A model generated the notes under the pieces. That model searched no databases and was not told the DNA's origin. It worked only from the letters and a program-made list of their open reading frames with translations. A stretch of 63,584 bases of DNA, counting the filler, from Octopus bimaculoides (Eukaryota): the NCBI RefSeq assembly GCF_001194135.2. It is 5 parts of 5 records of this genome, joined end to end, with 100 filler letters (N's around TTAATTAATTAA, not from the genome) between each part and the next. Parts side by side here need not be neighbours in the genome. Positions count along the whole stretch, not along the records: positions 49,667 to 62,414 come from NC_068984.1; positions 62,515 to 63,584 come from NW_026437516.1; 3 more parts are not named here. The stretch is one strand, 5' to 3'. The position numbers were made by a program, and so were the translations under genes. This document shows positions 51,127 to 63,584 of this stretch, piece after piece; within the stretch, counting starts at the first letter, position 1; each line of letters starts with the position of its first letter.

Positions 51127-52668
51127 TCTTCTATTTTTTAATTATTATAAATCTTCCACTGACGAGGGAGCCGGTTTCCAACAAAGATACAAAGGTCCAT
51201 TTTTGGGATGTAGTTAAGACAGACAAATTCACATTTAGAACTTGAGAAAAGTTTTGCATATTCTTACTGTTCCACTCACAGATTGCACTTGTAATGTACG
51301 AATTAACCGGTCGATCTCTATTTCTGAAAATCCCAGTTTATCCAGATTCTCCTTTAAGCATTTACTAACAAACCCTAGTGCTCCGATTATTATTGGTATG
51401 AATATGAATTCATAGTCTGGATATAGAAACTGGAGCTTTCGAAGCAGTTGTCCATAGATATCCTCTTTTCCTTTGATTTTCAAAGAGACATTTATATCTG
51501 CAGGGCAGCTGACCTCTATGATGGTACATACCTTTGCCCTTCTACCCCAAACAACAATATCCGGCCTGTTATGTTTACATTTGACAGAAGTTTCGATGGC
51601 AATATTCCACCAGTATTCTTTGAGTTGATGCTTATGAATGTTTCCATAACAGGGATTTTCTAAGTTTATTTCAGGACAGTCTTTTTTGCGGATGGCATCG
51701 TAAATTGTTTTAGCAACAACATCATGCTGCATAGGGAGGTAGTACCGTGACGACATTTTTGGACAGCTACTAATCACACGCGTAACGCCTTCCACACAAA
51801 CATGACATGGCCTACACATGCAGTTGCACCTTGGGATTACAAGAGCGTCACTGTCTCTGTTGTTCACCAGGTACTTTGTGGCAATCTCCTGTTCCTGGAT
51901 TGCAAACACATAGCCTTCAAAGTGTGATGTGATGTAGTGGTCTTGTGTCCAAGAGAGGCTGCGCTTCGTGTCAATTCTACTGTCTTCAAGCTTCCGGGTA
52001 ACATGTATGCTGAGTGCTTTTCATCCAGGTCTTCTCTGAGAAAAGAAAGCCCAACTGTTTTGGGGCTGTATAGGAGATCATCTTGAGGAGTTCACTGCCA
52101 ACTCGTACAATGTTGCTCATTTCACTTTTCAGCACTACATTTATGTCTATTTTTACTGCTGTTGTTTAGCAGGTGCTGCCTGAGTGATACAATACGGCAT
52201 TCGAAGGCCGTCTGCACTGATCTCAGGCCTCTACCACCTTCGTTTCTTAAGTAGAGCTTGTCAACATCACTGTTTCTATGGAAGTTCCCACTTGTCAGAA
52301 TTTTGTGGGTTTTGATATTTATGGAGTGGATTTCCTCTACAAACCAATCAAGTATCCCAGCACTGGTACTGAAAATGCATTGTGGGATATTGTTTTGTTG
52401 CAAGAGGATAATTCCGACTGCCATATTTTCCTAAGTCTGGTGTAATATTCTCGAGTCACTCTATCTTTATTCACAGTGCCTTCATATGATACATTTTCAT
52501 CTGTGCCTAAATACTTGCAACATTCTTTGTGTGGAATGGGGGAGACAAAGAGACCGTTGATGCACAAGTTTGGGGTTTGGGGGACTGATTTTCCTCGTTC
52601 TATAACCAAATATGAATATTTCTTTTGACCAAATTCCATGGCTATATCAGCTGAAAATGTTGTTATTA
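51127..52668 (-). mobile_element. 5'-truncated R4/Dong-like RLE non-LTR retrotransposon (end of RT, thumb, CCHC, RLE) flanked by (ATGT)n
   Basis: MEFGQKK..KYLGTDEN (RT end), KLYLRNEGGRGL (thumb), FAIQEQEIATKY..CRPC..HDVVAKTIY..HNRPDIVVW..TIIEVSCP..IPIIIGALG (ORF 51235-51909). Confidence 0.9.
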
Positions 52669-54270
52669 ATGTATGTATGTATGTATATAAGTATGTATGT
52701 ATGTATGTATGTATGTATGTATGTATGTATGTATGTATGTATGTATGTATGTATTACTTTATCTCTTCTCGACTGGAGTTTTAGAGTTTTTGTCCTCGAT
52801 CGGTGGTAGACAAAATATTTTTGGTTTTGTACTTTTTAAAAAATGTCCTTTTGCTCTTCGTTATTTTCTTCAGTAACCATTCAGCTTTTAAATGTGTAAG
52901 TTTTGCAGATTTATATTTTCTCAAATGTGATGATGTGATGATTATTTGTAGCTTGTATTGTTATATATATATATATATATATGGACCAATATATATATAT
53001 GGACCAATCAGGAGCCAGAATTCACGTAATAGATCGGTCCTTCTGGAACGTCCCTGTACAAATGTTGTAAAAAGGTGTGTTTTTAGCGCCAACTTTGCAG
53101 TAATTGTAGAAGTCCGGGTGAAATGTCGTCTCCATTCTTGCCAGCAAATTTGCGCAGAGACAGGCCGATTCAACTTCGCACGTTTCCCGACTTGCTTTAG
53201 TGTGTGGCAACCTACAGTTCGGCTCCACACACCCTCCTACTGTTTATAATAATCGTTTTTATGGCTCCTACTCAATCTTGATATATATTATAGTTGGCAG
53301 ATATGAATCCAGTGCGTGTATTTGCTCCTGTATTGGCAAGCTTAAGTACAGAGCTTTGGTAATCACCTATTTGTGAATGCTACAGAATTAGTCTTTACAC
53401 TGTGTTGACTTGTTGCAACTTACTAATTTCTAATTTATGATCAACATGAAAATTTTCTGGCGTTCGAAATAAAAGCTATTATTAATTAATCGCGAGGTGT
53501 TGTTACATCATTTACGCACAGCCACACGCAAACTCCTTAGCGATGCTTTTAAAAATTGATAATAATGTGATTAAAGTTTTCACGATTGTTGTCAGCTGTT
53601 GTTTTCTGTATTTAGTGAGGAGTTTTCCTAGTTGGTACGGGACTGATTGCCAACTGAGATTAATAAATTTGTCACTACTCTACACCAGACTTTTAGATTG
53701 GTTTATTCCCTCTGTGGTCCGTGTTTTTACTTCTGTGTTCCTTCTCAGTGTTAAGTCAAATTTTCTAATATTTCTTAGACATAGGTCTTTGTCAGTTTTT
53801 ATTTCATGCACCTTCCCAAGTATATTCGTAGATTGAGCGAAATATTTGATTCTCCTTTTCATCTCTGATGGAGGATGTCACTTCATTGTTGCGTCATAAT
53901 GTTAATATAGACTTAAGGTCACGTGTGTCTGTATATGCCTGGATATTCTGTGTGCGTGTGTGTGTGTGTGCGTGGGTTAGTGTGTGTATATATGTGATTG
54001 AGAATAGAATTTTTCTCTAAAACAGCGGAGTTGAAGGGCAAAAAGTTTACAAATGCTCTTGTTCGTAATAATAATCTATGACGTAATTATATATANNNNN
54101 NNNNNNNNNNNNNNNNNNNNNNNNNNNNNNNNNNNNNNNNNNNNNNNNNNNNNNNNNNNNNNNNNNNNNNNNNNNNNNNNNNNNNNNNNNNNNNNNNNNN
54201 NNNNNNNNNNNNNNNNNNNNNNNNNNNNNNNNNNNNNTATATATACATATATACATGCACACATACACGC

Positions 54271-54308
<38 letters not shown>

Positions 54309-54789
54309 TCGAATTTTTTACCAATGCCGAAAGAGCCGGTTTCTAGCCTAGAAACAAACTTCTTTCATTTGAATCTAAGCATGAAACAACGTTGTCTGGT
54401 ATCTATGTAAGCATGTATGTGACTCGTTTGCTTCGATTTCTCCCTCTTCCTTCCATTCTCTTTCTCTCTCTCGCTCTCTCTCTCTCTTCCCTTCGTTTCC
54501 TTTCTCTCTCATTTCTACTCTCTCTCTCTCTCCAACTCCTCGTCTACTCCTCTTCACCGACCACCACAATACATTTTACTTTCCTCATCATCTCTAAAGT
54601 TAACTTTTCCTTTTTTTCTGTTTTCCTTTCTCCCACTTTAACGCTTTCGTGGGACAGAAAAATATGTATATAAACACATAATGAAGTTTATTATAACGGA
54701 TATATATACATACACACACACACACATATATATATTGTGTGTGTGTATGTGTGTGTGTGTGCGTGCATGCGTAATTTGCAGCAGGCAGG

Positions 54790-55030
54790 ACGGATTCTGA
54801 GAACACTGAAAACCAGGGAAGAAGAATCTTTGTTGGTTCTGTGGAAGACATTTATTCTCAGCCGTCTGTAAATCTATTCTAAACCAAGAAGATTGTCTTT
54901 GCAGCGCATCTTATCCATTGAGGCAATGCTGGACTGCTTTAAGTTTCGCCATTAGTATAACGCTATGAGGTGACTCTATTTGAGAGCAATTGTCCAGACG
55001 ATTGAGAATCTATATCTCCAAAGAACAAGG
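54790..55030 (+). mobile_element. CR1/L2-like LINE fragment (post-RT region)
   Basis: GRILRTLKTREEESLLVLWKTFILSRL resembles the ILRTF..R...L..LYKTFV.SRL motif. Confidence 0.6.
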
Positions 55031-55089
55031 TCTCTTGCTCTCTGGTTCTGAATGATCTCAGAATCCGCCATGACAAACACTTGCATATT

Positions 55090-55306
55090 CTTTTCTACTC
55101 TGGGCACAAGACCCGAAATTTTGGGGAAGGGGACCAGTCGACTTCATCGACCCCAAAACACACAACTGGTACTTAATTTATCGACCCCGAACGAACGAAA
55201 GGCAAAGTCGACCTCGGCGAAATTCGAACTCAGAACGTAGCAGCAGACGAAATACCGCTAAGCAATTTCGCCCGGCGAGCTAACGTTTCTGCCAGCTCGC
55301 CGCCTT
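55090..55306 (-). mobile_element. Full-length tRNA-derived SINE family 1 with 16-bp TSD
   Basis: Head GGCGGCGAGCTGGCAGAAACGTTAGC..GTTCTGAGTTCGAATTTCGCC; CAAACACTTGCATATT duplicated at 55074-55089 and 55307-55322. Confidence 0.92.
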
Positions 55307-55705
55307 CAAACACTTGCATATTATTACAATCATAGTAATACGCACATAAAATGTTACGTCCTTATTCGTATTGGTTTCAATTTTGGCACAAGGCCAGCAA
55401 TTTCGGGAGAGGGAGTAAGTGCTCATCTGGTACTTCTTTTATCGACCCCGAAAAGATGGAAGACAAAGTCAACCTCGGCGGAATTGGAACTTAGAACTTA
55501 TAGACAAACGAAATTCCGCTAAGCCTTTTACTCGGCGTGCTAACGATTCTGCCAGCTCGCTGTACTTACATCGTTGCTCATATTGATCCCTGGGTCATGC
55601 ATTGACTGTTACTGCGGGGCTGTAATCTCGATCCTATGTATTTTGATTGCTATGTGTAGTTCTTACTTGCTGCTTGCTTCATGCTGTTGATTGTTGGGGT
55701 TAGGG

Positions 55706-56000
55706 TCATCCGAGGTTGGTCGTCCCAGAGACGTATGACGTCGTAGAGCCGAACAGGTCCACCAGTGTTTCCCAGCTCTGGTTGTCCCGTGTCTGCCCCT
55801 CTGCATCCTGCAAGAGGACGTCGAGCCTCTGGAGATGTTCTTTAATCGCGTCCGGCCTTCTGGTGCGGTGACTGTTCCAGGACCTCTCCCAGCGTGCAGC
55901 TCCTGCGTCGAATGAGACTAAAGCCCTGGTAAGATGATCTGGCTGAAGGCGGAGGACATGTCCGTAGCACCACATGCAGCGGATGACTGTGAGGAGGGAG
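55706..56000 (-). mobile_element. RTE-like LINE 3' fragment
   Basis: IRCMWCYGHVLRLQPDHLTRAL..RWERSWNSHRTRRPDAIKEHL..DAEGQTRDNQSWETLV resembles the RWYGHVLR..RGRPRTRW..DR..W C-terminus. Confidence 0.7.
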
Positions 56001-56159
56001 CAAAGTTGAACTCGGCGGGATTTGAACACGGAATGTAATGACCGACGAAATGCCACTAAGCACTTTACCCGATGCTCTGACGATTCTACCAGTTTGTTGC
56101 CTTAACTCTAAAGGAAATATCTTTGTAAATCGAAACCATGTTATATGTCAGTTAGAAAT

Positions 56160-57250
56160 TCCAGCCTCCTTCTAATGATAAACAGATTTAAGCCTGTCCT
56201 TTTTAGAGTCTGCTCTGTTTCTTCCTTTATAGATAAGGCATATTATGCCTTCTTTTAATTCTTTGGAGAAAATATTCTACTTGCAACGTTTGGAAAAAAT
56301 ATCTTGGTTGGTTTTGCTAAAGCCTGCATACATATTTTAAGCGAATCGTCCGGAGACCATTGGGGCCTGTTGCTAAATTTAAACTGATTTTATTAATGGA
56401 TGATATTACATCCTCCGGCTTTATATTTATGCAATCGATGGTTTCCACTTCTCTCTATAGAACCGTAGTGTTAGCGAACTCATTTGGTTAAGTTATTTGC
56501 ATGTCTCCCACCGAGGAGATAGAAAATACGTTTGAATTATTCATTTCGTATTTCACTTAACCTTTTGGGGTCAGCTGTCACTGAGCCATTTCCTTAGAAC
56601 AGAGACGCTTACTTTGGAATGTACCAAAGCTAATTCATTTGCAAATTTATAGATGTTTTTATATACTCTGTGATCCCGGGTCTCTTTCTGCACTTCCCTT
56701 TCCGTGGGAATGTTTAATTTCGTTTTCAATTTCCGGGAGTGTCCTTCTGAAGTGAGGCTTTTCGCTTTGAAGTGAGACTTGTTTATTTAAGCCGTTTCAG
56801 ATCGTTATGCTTCGTGTCATTAGAATTTTTGTGTCTGGGAATTATATTTTTAGCATTTCTTTCTAGGACAAATTTAATGCATATGGTTTGCATTATCGGC
56901 ATAAACTGCTCAAGTTTTATGTCATCGTCTTGCACGTAGAATTTCTAGTCAATTCTATGGGACGATCTTCTTGTAAATAGATTTCTGGTTGGTTTTGGGA
57001 GAACTTCACGTTAGATAGAATTCTAGTACATCTTATAGAGTGTGTATCTACCAATTCTTTTACATCACATATAGCTTTACTACATTATGGTCTGAGAAGC
57101 TCGTCGGTATAACCTTCACATTATAGATGAGGTCCATGTTATTTGTGAAACACAGCTCTAAAATGTTTTTGCTCCCATTCGGGTCGGGAATTATTTTCTC
57201 CAAGAACATCAAATGAGAAAATGAGGATTCTGCATTTTATTCATATAGAG
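56160..57250 (-). mobile_element. CR1/L2-like LINE ORF2 fragment (end of APE endonuclease to start of RT)
   Basis: PTR..KNILELCFTNNMDLIYNVKVIPTSFSDHN, and INIKPEDVISSINKISLNLATGPNG..ELKEGIICLIYKG. Confidence 0.75.
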
Positions 57251-57540
57251 ACATTCCCAAAAGAATGTGGTTTCTGAGTCAGCCACTACATTCACATGTT
57301 GCTCAAGTTCGGTCAAAATCTTGTCTTACTCTTCTAAAGTTATCTTCAAATTTACCTCCAGGACGTGAGGCATCCGGTTGTAGATTTGTCGTACATACAA
57401 CTGCATCAATGCTTCTATGGCTGAATGCATGTATGTGTATGTGTGTATATGTATATATATATATATTTATTTATATATGCAGAGACATATACATGCATAT
57501 TCATACATACGCACATACATTCTTACAGGCACTCCCCCCA

Positions 57541-57574
<34 letters not shown>

Positions 57575-57594
57575 NNNNNNNNNNTGTTACGTTT

Positions 57595-57626
<32 letters not shown>

Positions 57627-57799
57627 CGTGTACAGGAACCTTTTTACCACTTCTATATACCATTTTCTTCGAATAATGAAACTGCAACTACAATATCTTT
57701 ATATATTTTATTTCTACTTTCATTCTCTTAATATTTCCCTCTTTATTCCCTATCTCCTCCCTTTCCACAATAATTCGAACTCAAATATTTTCTCACACC

Positions 57800-57847
57800 G
57801 TCTATGATGAAGGGATATCCATAATATCCCAGAAACAGCTGTAAGAC
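57800..57847 (+). ncRNA. Decayed minimal hammerhead motif (C3A), probably a Penelope pseudo-LTR remnant
   Basis: GTCT-ATGATGA-A-GGGATAT(CCATA)ATATCCC-A-GAAA-CAGCTG-T-A-AGAC; palindromic ACAGCTGT stem III. Confidence 0.55.
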
Positions 57848-57964
57848 TATTTCATTATAAATGTCCTGAAAACTACTCACAGCCTTGGCTTTGTTATCTC
57901 ATTCTGTTTAATATATATATATATATGTGTGTGTGGAGACATACATATATATGCATATTCATAC

Positions 57965-58370
57965 GCAGCGGCTTCTCCGAACAAATAAAATACATCCCTA
58001 ATACTAGGCTCAAGCAACATATATCTCAAATAACATCACAACGATACACCAACCATCAGAATCACAACAGACCACACATACACTATGCTAGAACCCGGGG
58101 AGAACCCGCATTAAGACAACACAGACCCCCACACGCAAACATATAACACTAGGTCAAAAGCTAAAACAGCTAAAACAGCTAACAATAACGTGCCATTCTA
58201 CCCCCTTCATTTACCAAAAATATAGATAACACTACCCCTATACTCTCCCAAAAAAGCGGTGAACGTTCTTTTCTATGGTATACACCCCCTATTCTCACTA
58301 AACGTTAAGAACTTAGCTAAATCCTTCTTTAATATACTGGACTCCAACTTCTCTCTCTTTTTCTCTCTTT
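57965..58370 (+). mobile_element. Penelope-like element fragment (post-RT linker)
   Basis: SGFSEQIKYIP..RSFLWYTPP/SLNVKNLAKSFFNILDSNF resembles the RKRNILWYNPPFS.NVKTNIG..F..ILDKHF motif. Confidence 0.65.
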
Positions 58371-59329
58371 CTTCCTCACATTTTCTCTTCTTGTCTTCAT
58401 TTTTTTTTTACTTATCTCCTCATTCTTATCATACACATCTCTTCCCCCATCTTTCCACAAATACTACCAGTACATTCTCAAATTTTCATTCACATCACAT
58501 GACCCGAGTCTCACCAACAAATTCAGTTCCAATCTTATCATAACGATCAGAGTGGGTTTTCCAACCTGCCGTACCTGTGTAATCACCAATAAACTCATCC
58601 AATTCTTTCCGAATCCTCTGCCCCCAAACACTCTGTAATTTTCGTATTGGTGCTTCCGGGGCGAATACCAAACAGTACAGTGTCGTTTCCAAATATCTGG
58701 CAGAGTGAATTGCGTCATAGTGCTGTTTTTTTCACAGGCGGTGGCAAACTGACCCTACTATACTGTGTAGTCGACAAAATCAAAAACAAACGTAAAGACA
58801 GACGAAATACTGCTAAGTATTTTGCCCGGTGTGCTAACCTTTCTGCTAGCTCGCTGCCTTACATTAAAAATATATTGAAAAACAAATACATATGTAGGTC
58901 GACTTACAGATTGTAAAACGACATCGTACAAAGAGTTAAGAATTTGGAAGATAAACGTTTGGGTGCTAATAATCCAGTTAATAATCCTACGGCCGTTTCT
59001 GGGGGTCTGTTTGTCCAGTCATATGAAAGGTATTTACATCAGGGAAAAATAAATTTCTAAAAAGTCTCACATATACTGCGTTTTTCAAATGAGAATTACC
59101 TACTGGGTGTTTTTATAGAGCTATACGCAAAAGAACGGGGAGTGGAAGTGTTTTTGAGTGGTTGGAGTAAGGGATACAATACATGATAAAATAAGGCTAC
59201 TGATGACTCTATAGGCAGAGGATAAAAGGAGGGGAGAATTGTTTTATTTTTCAGAAAAAATTTGAATGGGTGTAGAAGCTGGTTCTCAACTCTATCCAGA
59301 ACTAATTCAAAAATATTGAGTAAAACCTA

Positions 59330-60425
59330 TGTTTACAAGAGTAGATGGCGTCGGAAAATTTATTTAATATTGAGGAATTTTGTAGACGGAGAATAATCAA
59401 TGATTCTTTTAAGCATAATTTGCATTTGCCTATCTTTGTATTATAAGGGGGAGCTTCTTTTATTATGGACCAAGCCAGTGTATATTGTATATTATGTGGT
59501 TTAAGATTATGTATGTGTGTAGCTAATAATGTCGAGAATTAGGATTTTGTCTTAGTGAAAGAATTTAAGTGAGCTCGATACCGAGGCTAAAATCTATGGT
59601 ACTGCCTATATAGGTCATTGCTTGGGGTTTCCCTGATGTTTCTACACATTTATAAACCACATTTTTTCGCAGACAAAAACCTCCCAGCGTGCATGTATTA
59701 GGTATACGACAATTGCAGGTTTTCCTTTCTGTTCTCCTATATATATTGGTTGTGTTGTTGATATTTTTTTACTAATATGGGGTGCTGTACAAGAGTTTGG
59801 GTGTGTATTAATCTGAAGTTGGGTTTTACATCTATTAATAGAGGCTGTTATAGATCTTAAGTTTGGTGTGGTGGAGTAAGACAATTTGACTGATGCTTTG
59901 TTAAAGATAGAGTAGTATTTATGATGCTGCGGAAAGTTTGATTTCAGAATTTCAAAAAGTAATTAACTTGGAGAGAAAAGGGCGGTGCATACCATAGGAA
60001 TTCTCGTTTTCTAGTCTTAGAATATGCTGTTACATTGGATCGGTAACGAAGGGGAGATTTATAATAACTATAAATTCTGGATGACTTATGGTGTAATTCT
60101 ATGGGTCTGTTCGGTTGATTTGAAATGGAGGCCGTGCTTATACGGTCAGGATTAGTTTCGGGGAAAAGATTTGCTATTCTGGTTTTCAGTTTAGTGTCAC
60201 GGATATAGAATACTTTTTCTCGGAATCCATTTAATTGTAGAGCCTGATTATATTCAAGAGCGTGGGTATTAAAATATTTCCTCATTAGCGGATAAATTAG
60301 CGATTCTTATTGAAATACCTGTAATTACACTGTCAAGGGTTATTCTCGGATGGTTTGAAAGGACGTTTATATACACTGCCAGGTTTGTAAAATGGGTAGT
60401 ATAAATTTGTATTTAAATTGAGTAT
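59330..60425 (-). mobile_element. Penelope-like element 3' portion: RT thumb, linker, GIY-YIG endonuclease (decayed)
   Basis: LNTNLYYPFYKP..NVLSNHP..SIRIANLSANEEIF..EYNQALQLNGFREK..RKREFLWYAPPFSLQV..SYSTTPNL..KNVVYKC..MTYIGST..RYRAHLNSF..WSIIKEAPPY..CKLCLKES..LNK..SCKHR. Confidence 0.88.
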
Positions 60426-60939
60426 AAGATCCAAAAGAATTTAATAATCAAACATATTAAAAATATATAAAGATATAGATATATATATATATATACATTA
60501 AAAATATATTGAAAAATATATTTTCAGTATATTTTCAATGTATACATATCTATATATTTATATATTTTTATGAGTATATTTTTAATGTATTGATTACTCT
60601 ATATATTTTTATATATCTATATATTTCTACTATGTTTGATGTAGTGAATATACTTTTAGAGAAATTCATGCATGTCGGGTCTAGGGTTGAATAAATATAA
60701 ATGTATATGTGAGCTTGATTTGCCTGAATTTGGTTCTTACATCTGCATTATTCTAATGCTTCGGGTTTGAATATCTAGAACACTTCACAGTGAAGTCTAT
60801 GCATTGGAAAAAATCTCTTTTCCTTATAATCATATATATATACATATATATNNNNNNNNNNNNNNNNNNNNNNNNNNNNNNNNNNNNNNNNNNNNNNNNN
60901 NNNNNNNNNNNNNNNNNNNNNNNNNNNNNNNNNNNNNNN

Positions 60940-60974
<35 letters not shown>

Positions 60975-61189
60975 ATATATGGATGCATGTACACATACAC
61001 ATGGAAATGTATGTACAAAAATACAGATGGTTACGGCCATGGAGGGCTGTGCTGATTAGACGTGTCCCTTCTGGTTTTATGCAAAGCAACTTCTCAAGCT
61101 TTATAGTGAGGCAGTTAGGTTGCCAAAAACTTCAAGAATTATTGGTAGAAATCTAAAATAATAGCTCAGATGGAGTCACTGCAGATTCC

Positions 61190-61900
61190 TTATCGCTTCA
61201 CCATAGTTGTTTTGTTTTTTCAGTTAATCTTTAACAGTATGTTGACATCTGCAAGGCACACATTTTTTAAAATTATTTAAGTCTCAGATCATTATGTCTG
61301 ACATTTTGCATGTTATTGAAACCTCCCAGCCGTATTCATTCAAATTATATCTTTGTGCTCTTCACCTCACTGTAGCTTCTTATATTTATCTCCTCATGAT
61401 TATCCTTTTTTACAGATTTCGTCGTATAATATTCTAGCCACGTTTTCATGTCTCAAAGATAGGGAATACAGTGAGGATAGGGATGTCACTAACATCATAG
61501 GTACCGTAAGAGCAGTTAGTGACATTCTCAATGTTAAACTCACAGAACCTATTCTGACTGTAGCATTTAGGTTGTTTACTTGTAGCCCTATCATTTTTAT
61601 GCATCCGATATTTTATGGCTATTTCCTGCTGCTGTGTTACAAAACCAGTATCCTTCGAAGTGAGAGATAATATATGAGTTATTAGTTCGGGATTGACTAC
61701 TCTGCTGTTAGAATGACTTTATATTTTTCTGGGTATATAACCATACATGGGCTGTTACTGATAATCTCTCTTCTGAAGACCTGTTGTGGAAAAGTTGTGC
61801 ACAATCTTCGGGTGTATATCCTTGGTCATTAGTTAGGAAACGCTGAGAAACTTGTTTCCAACTAACGTTATTGGCCTCATGTATGTAGGCTTGATCCATG
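61190..61900 (-). mobile_element. Heavily decayed R4/Dong-like RLE LINE fragment (same family as 51127-52668)
   Basis: FEGYW/VTQQQEIAIKYRMHK..FCEFNIENVT..SLRHENVARILYDEICKK parallels FAIQEQEIATKY..HDVVAKTIYDAIRKK. Confidence 0.65.
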
Positions 61901-62376
61901 GTAGGACTTCAACATTTCGTGATTAGTAGATATTGTCAAAGAATAACCAGGCCATTGATAGTAACGTTACTAGAAAGGCTAGTGGTTCTTCATTTTACGG
62001 TCATGCATGAACATTTACCGTGGAAAAATTATGTTAAAGGCACACGCGTCTATGAAATTTTTAACTACTCCACTCGTTAAATCAATGATTAAGCCGTCCT
62101 GTTGACTGAACAAGGCGAACATCCGTCAATTCGACGACTTAAGAATTCATTATGGCTTTCAGAATCGTTAAAGCATTGAACAAGATGCTCTTTAGTATTT
62201 CATTTTACGCTTTTTACGCTCTTGCGTTACATCCGGGCGGACTTTGCCTTTCAATAAACCGAGGGCGATTTTAAGAACTGGAACCGATCTAACCGATCTA
62301 ACCCCTAACACAAATTTCTGATCTTGTGCCTGCGAAAAAATCGCAGATGAGTGTGTGCTACTGTACATGTATGTAT

Positions 62377-62414
<38 letters not shown>

Positions 62415-62697
62415 NNNNNNNNNNNNNNNNNNNNNNNNNNNNNNNNNNNNNNNNNNNNTTAATTAATTAANNNNNNNNNNNNNNNNNNNNNNNNNNNNNN
62501 NNNNNNNNNNNNNNAAAAAATCTGCCTCAGCAAAATTATTCTGCCCCTTGTAAGCATAAAAAAGATGTGACAATGATGAAGGGCAAAATATGTGCTCTTG
62601 CACAAGTTATAGTTAGTGTGAGGTTTGTTTGATGGGTGTCCTATCTCAGTTGCAAAGTTATAAATGATTACTGAAATTTTAAGCTAAGTGATATTAA

Positions 62698-62885
62698 GCC
62701 TTTAGCATTAAATCTGGCCATATCCAGCCAAAGTCTTCAAACTGGTCAGACCTATACCCTACAGTCATTTTATAAATAAACTATCACATCATTGAAATCT
62801 CAAAGCTATGAAATACTGCATGATTAAATCAAAGTGACGTGAATATTTAAGCATTGCATTTGACAGTAATCAGAACGCTGAAGGG
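62698..62885. mobile_element. TTAA-flanked MITE-like element (piggyBac-type ends)
   Basis: TTAA|GCCTTTAGCATT ... AACGCTGAAGGG|TTGA imperfect terminal inverted repeats. Confidence 0.5.
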
Positions 62886-63584
62886 TTGAGCATTAACATT
62901 GGTTTATGACAGTTTTTGATGTATTTTTTTACAGGAATTTGTGGCTTGCTGGTATTTTACATAAGGTTTGCTTGGGTGGTTAACTTCTGATGACTGCTCT
63001 TTCAATGATCTTNNNNNNNNNNAGGTTTGCTTGGGTGGTTAACTTCTGATGACTGCTCTTTCAATGATCTTTTCTTCAATTTTCAGTTGAGCATGTGTCG
63101 TGTAAATACAGTTAAAGGCTTCTGTATAAGGAACTGCTTGTGTGGTGGTTCAGAATGATTTTCATAATAAACTAATTAATAGTCAACTTCATGTCTTATT
63201 ACAATTCAAAAGTGCTTGAATTACAAAATGTGTTCAAAGCAGATGACGTTTGTATTTATATTATGAAAATCACNNNNNNNNNNTAATCACAATTGGTGAT
63301 CACTTATTCTGATGGATTCTAACTTTTCAATAATTGTCTTTTATATTGGTTGATTATTATAGTTTATAATTTACTCTTGCGTACCTGATAGACATTAACA
63401 CCTGGTGGATAACCTACTTGGCAGAGGGAAGTCTGTACATGATTTTATTGCTTTCAGCCTTTCAAAAGTTGTGTTGGTATTAATTACGATATGGACCTAA
63501 GATGTTCATTCTGTCTTCACTAGGCATTTGTGCTAAAAATGTTGTACATGTGAAGTTAATTTCATCTATATATATATATATATA

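Overview
Gap-ridden, AT-rich, microsatellite-laden animal scaffold. The SINE families and repeat landscape suggest an octopus-type cephalopod (inference). No host protein-coding exon could be supported; nearly all long ORFs in the track come from microsatellites or N-gaps. (1) A minus-strand tRNA-Glu(CTC) array at 32.6-41.4 kb holds four identical intact genes, one near-intact variant and four pseudogenes, in tandemly duplicated units whose spacers are built from SINEs. (2) Several minimal type-I hammerhead ribozyme motifs occur: two with intact catalytic cores (34894-34939, 47176-47234) and several decayed. One lies in a tRNA-headed SINE-like element inserted as a head-to-head dimer with a 12-bp target-site duplication. 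(3) Penelope-like retroelement fragments (RT, GIY-YIG) are present. (4) Three R4/Dong-like RLE non-LTR fragments occur, two of them at (AAT)n and (ATGT)n microsatellites. (5) Mariner/Tc1, CR1/L2-like and RTE-like relics, a TTAA MITE and at least three further tRNA-derived SINE families complete the picture. All protein-family calls come from manual translation and motif recognition, not database searches.
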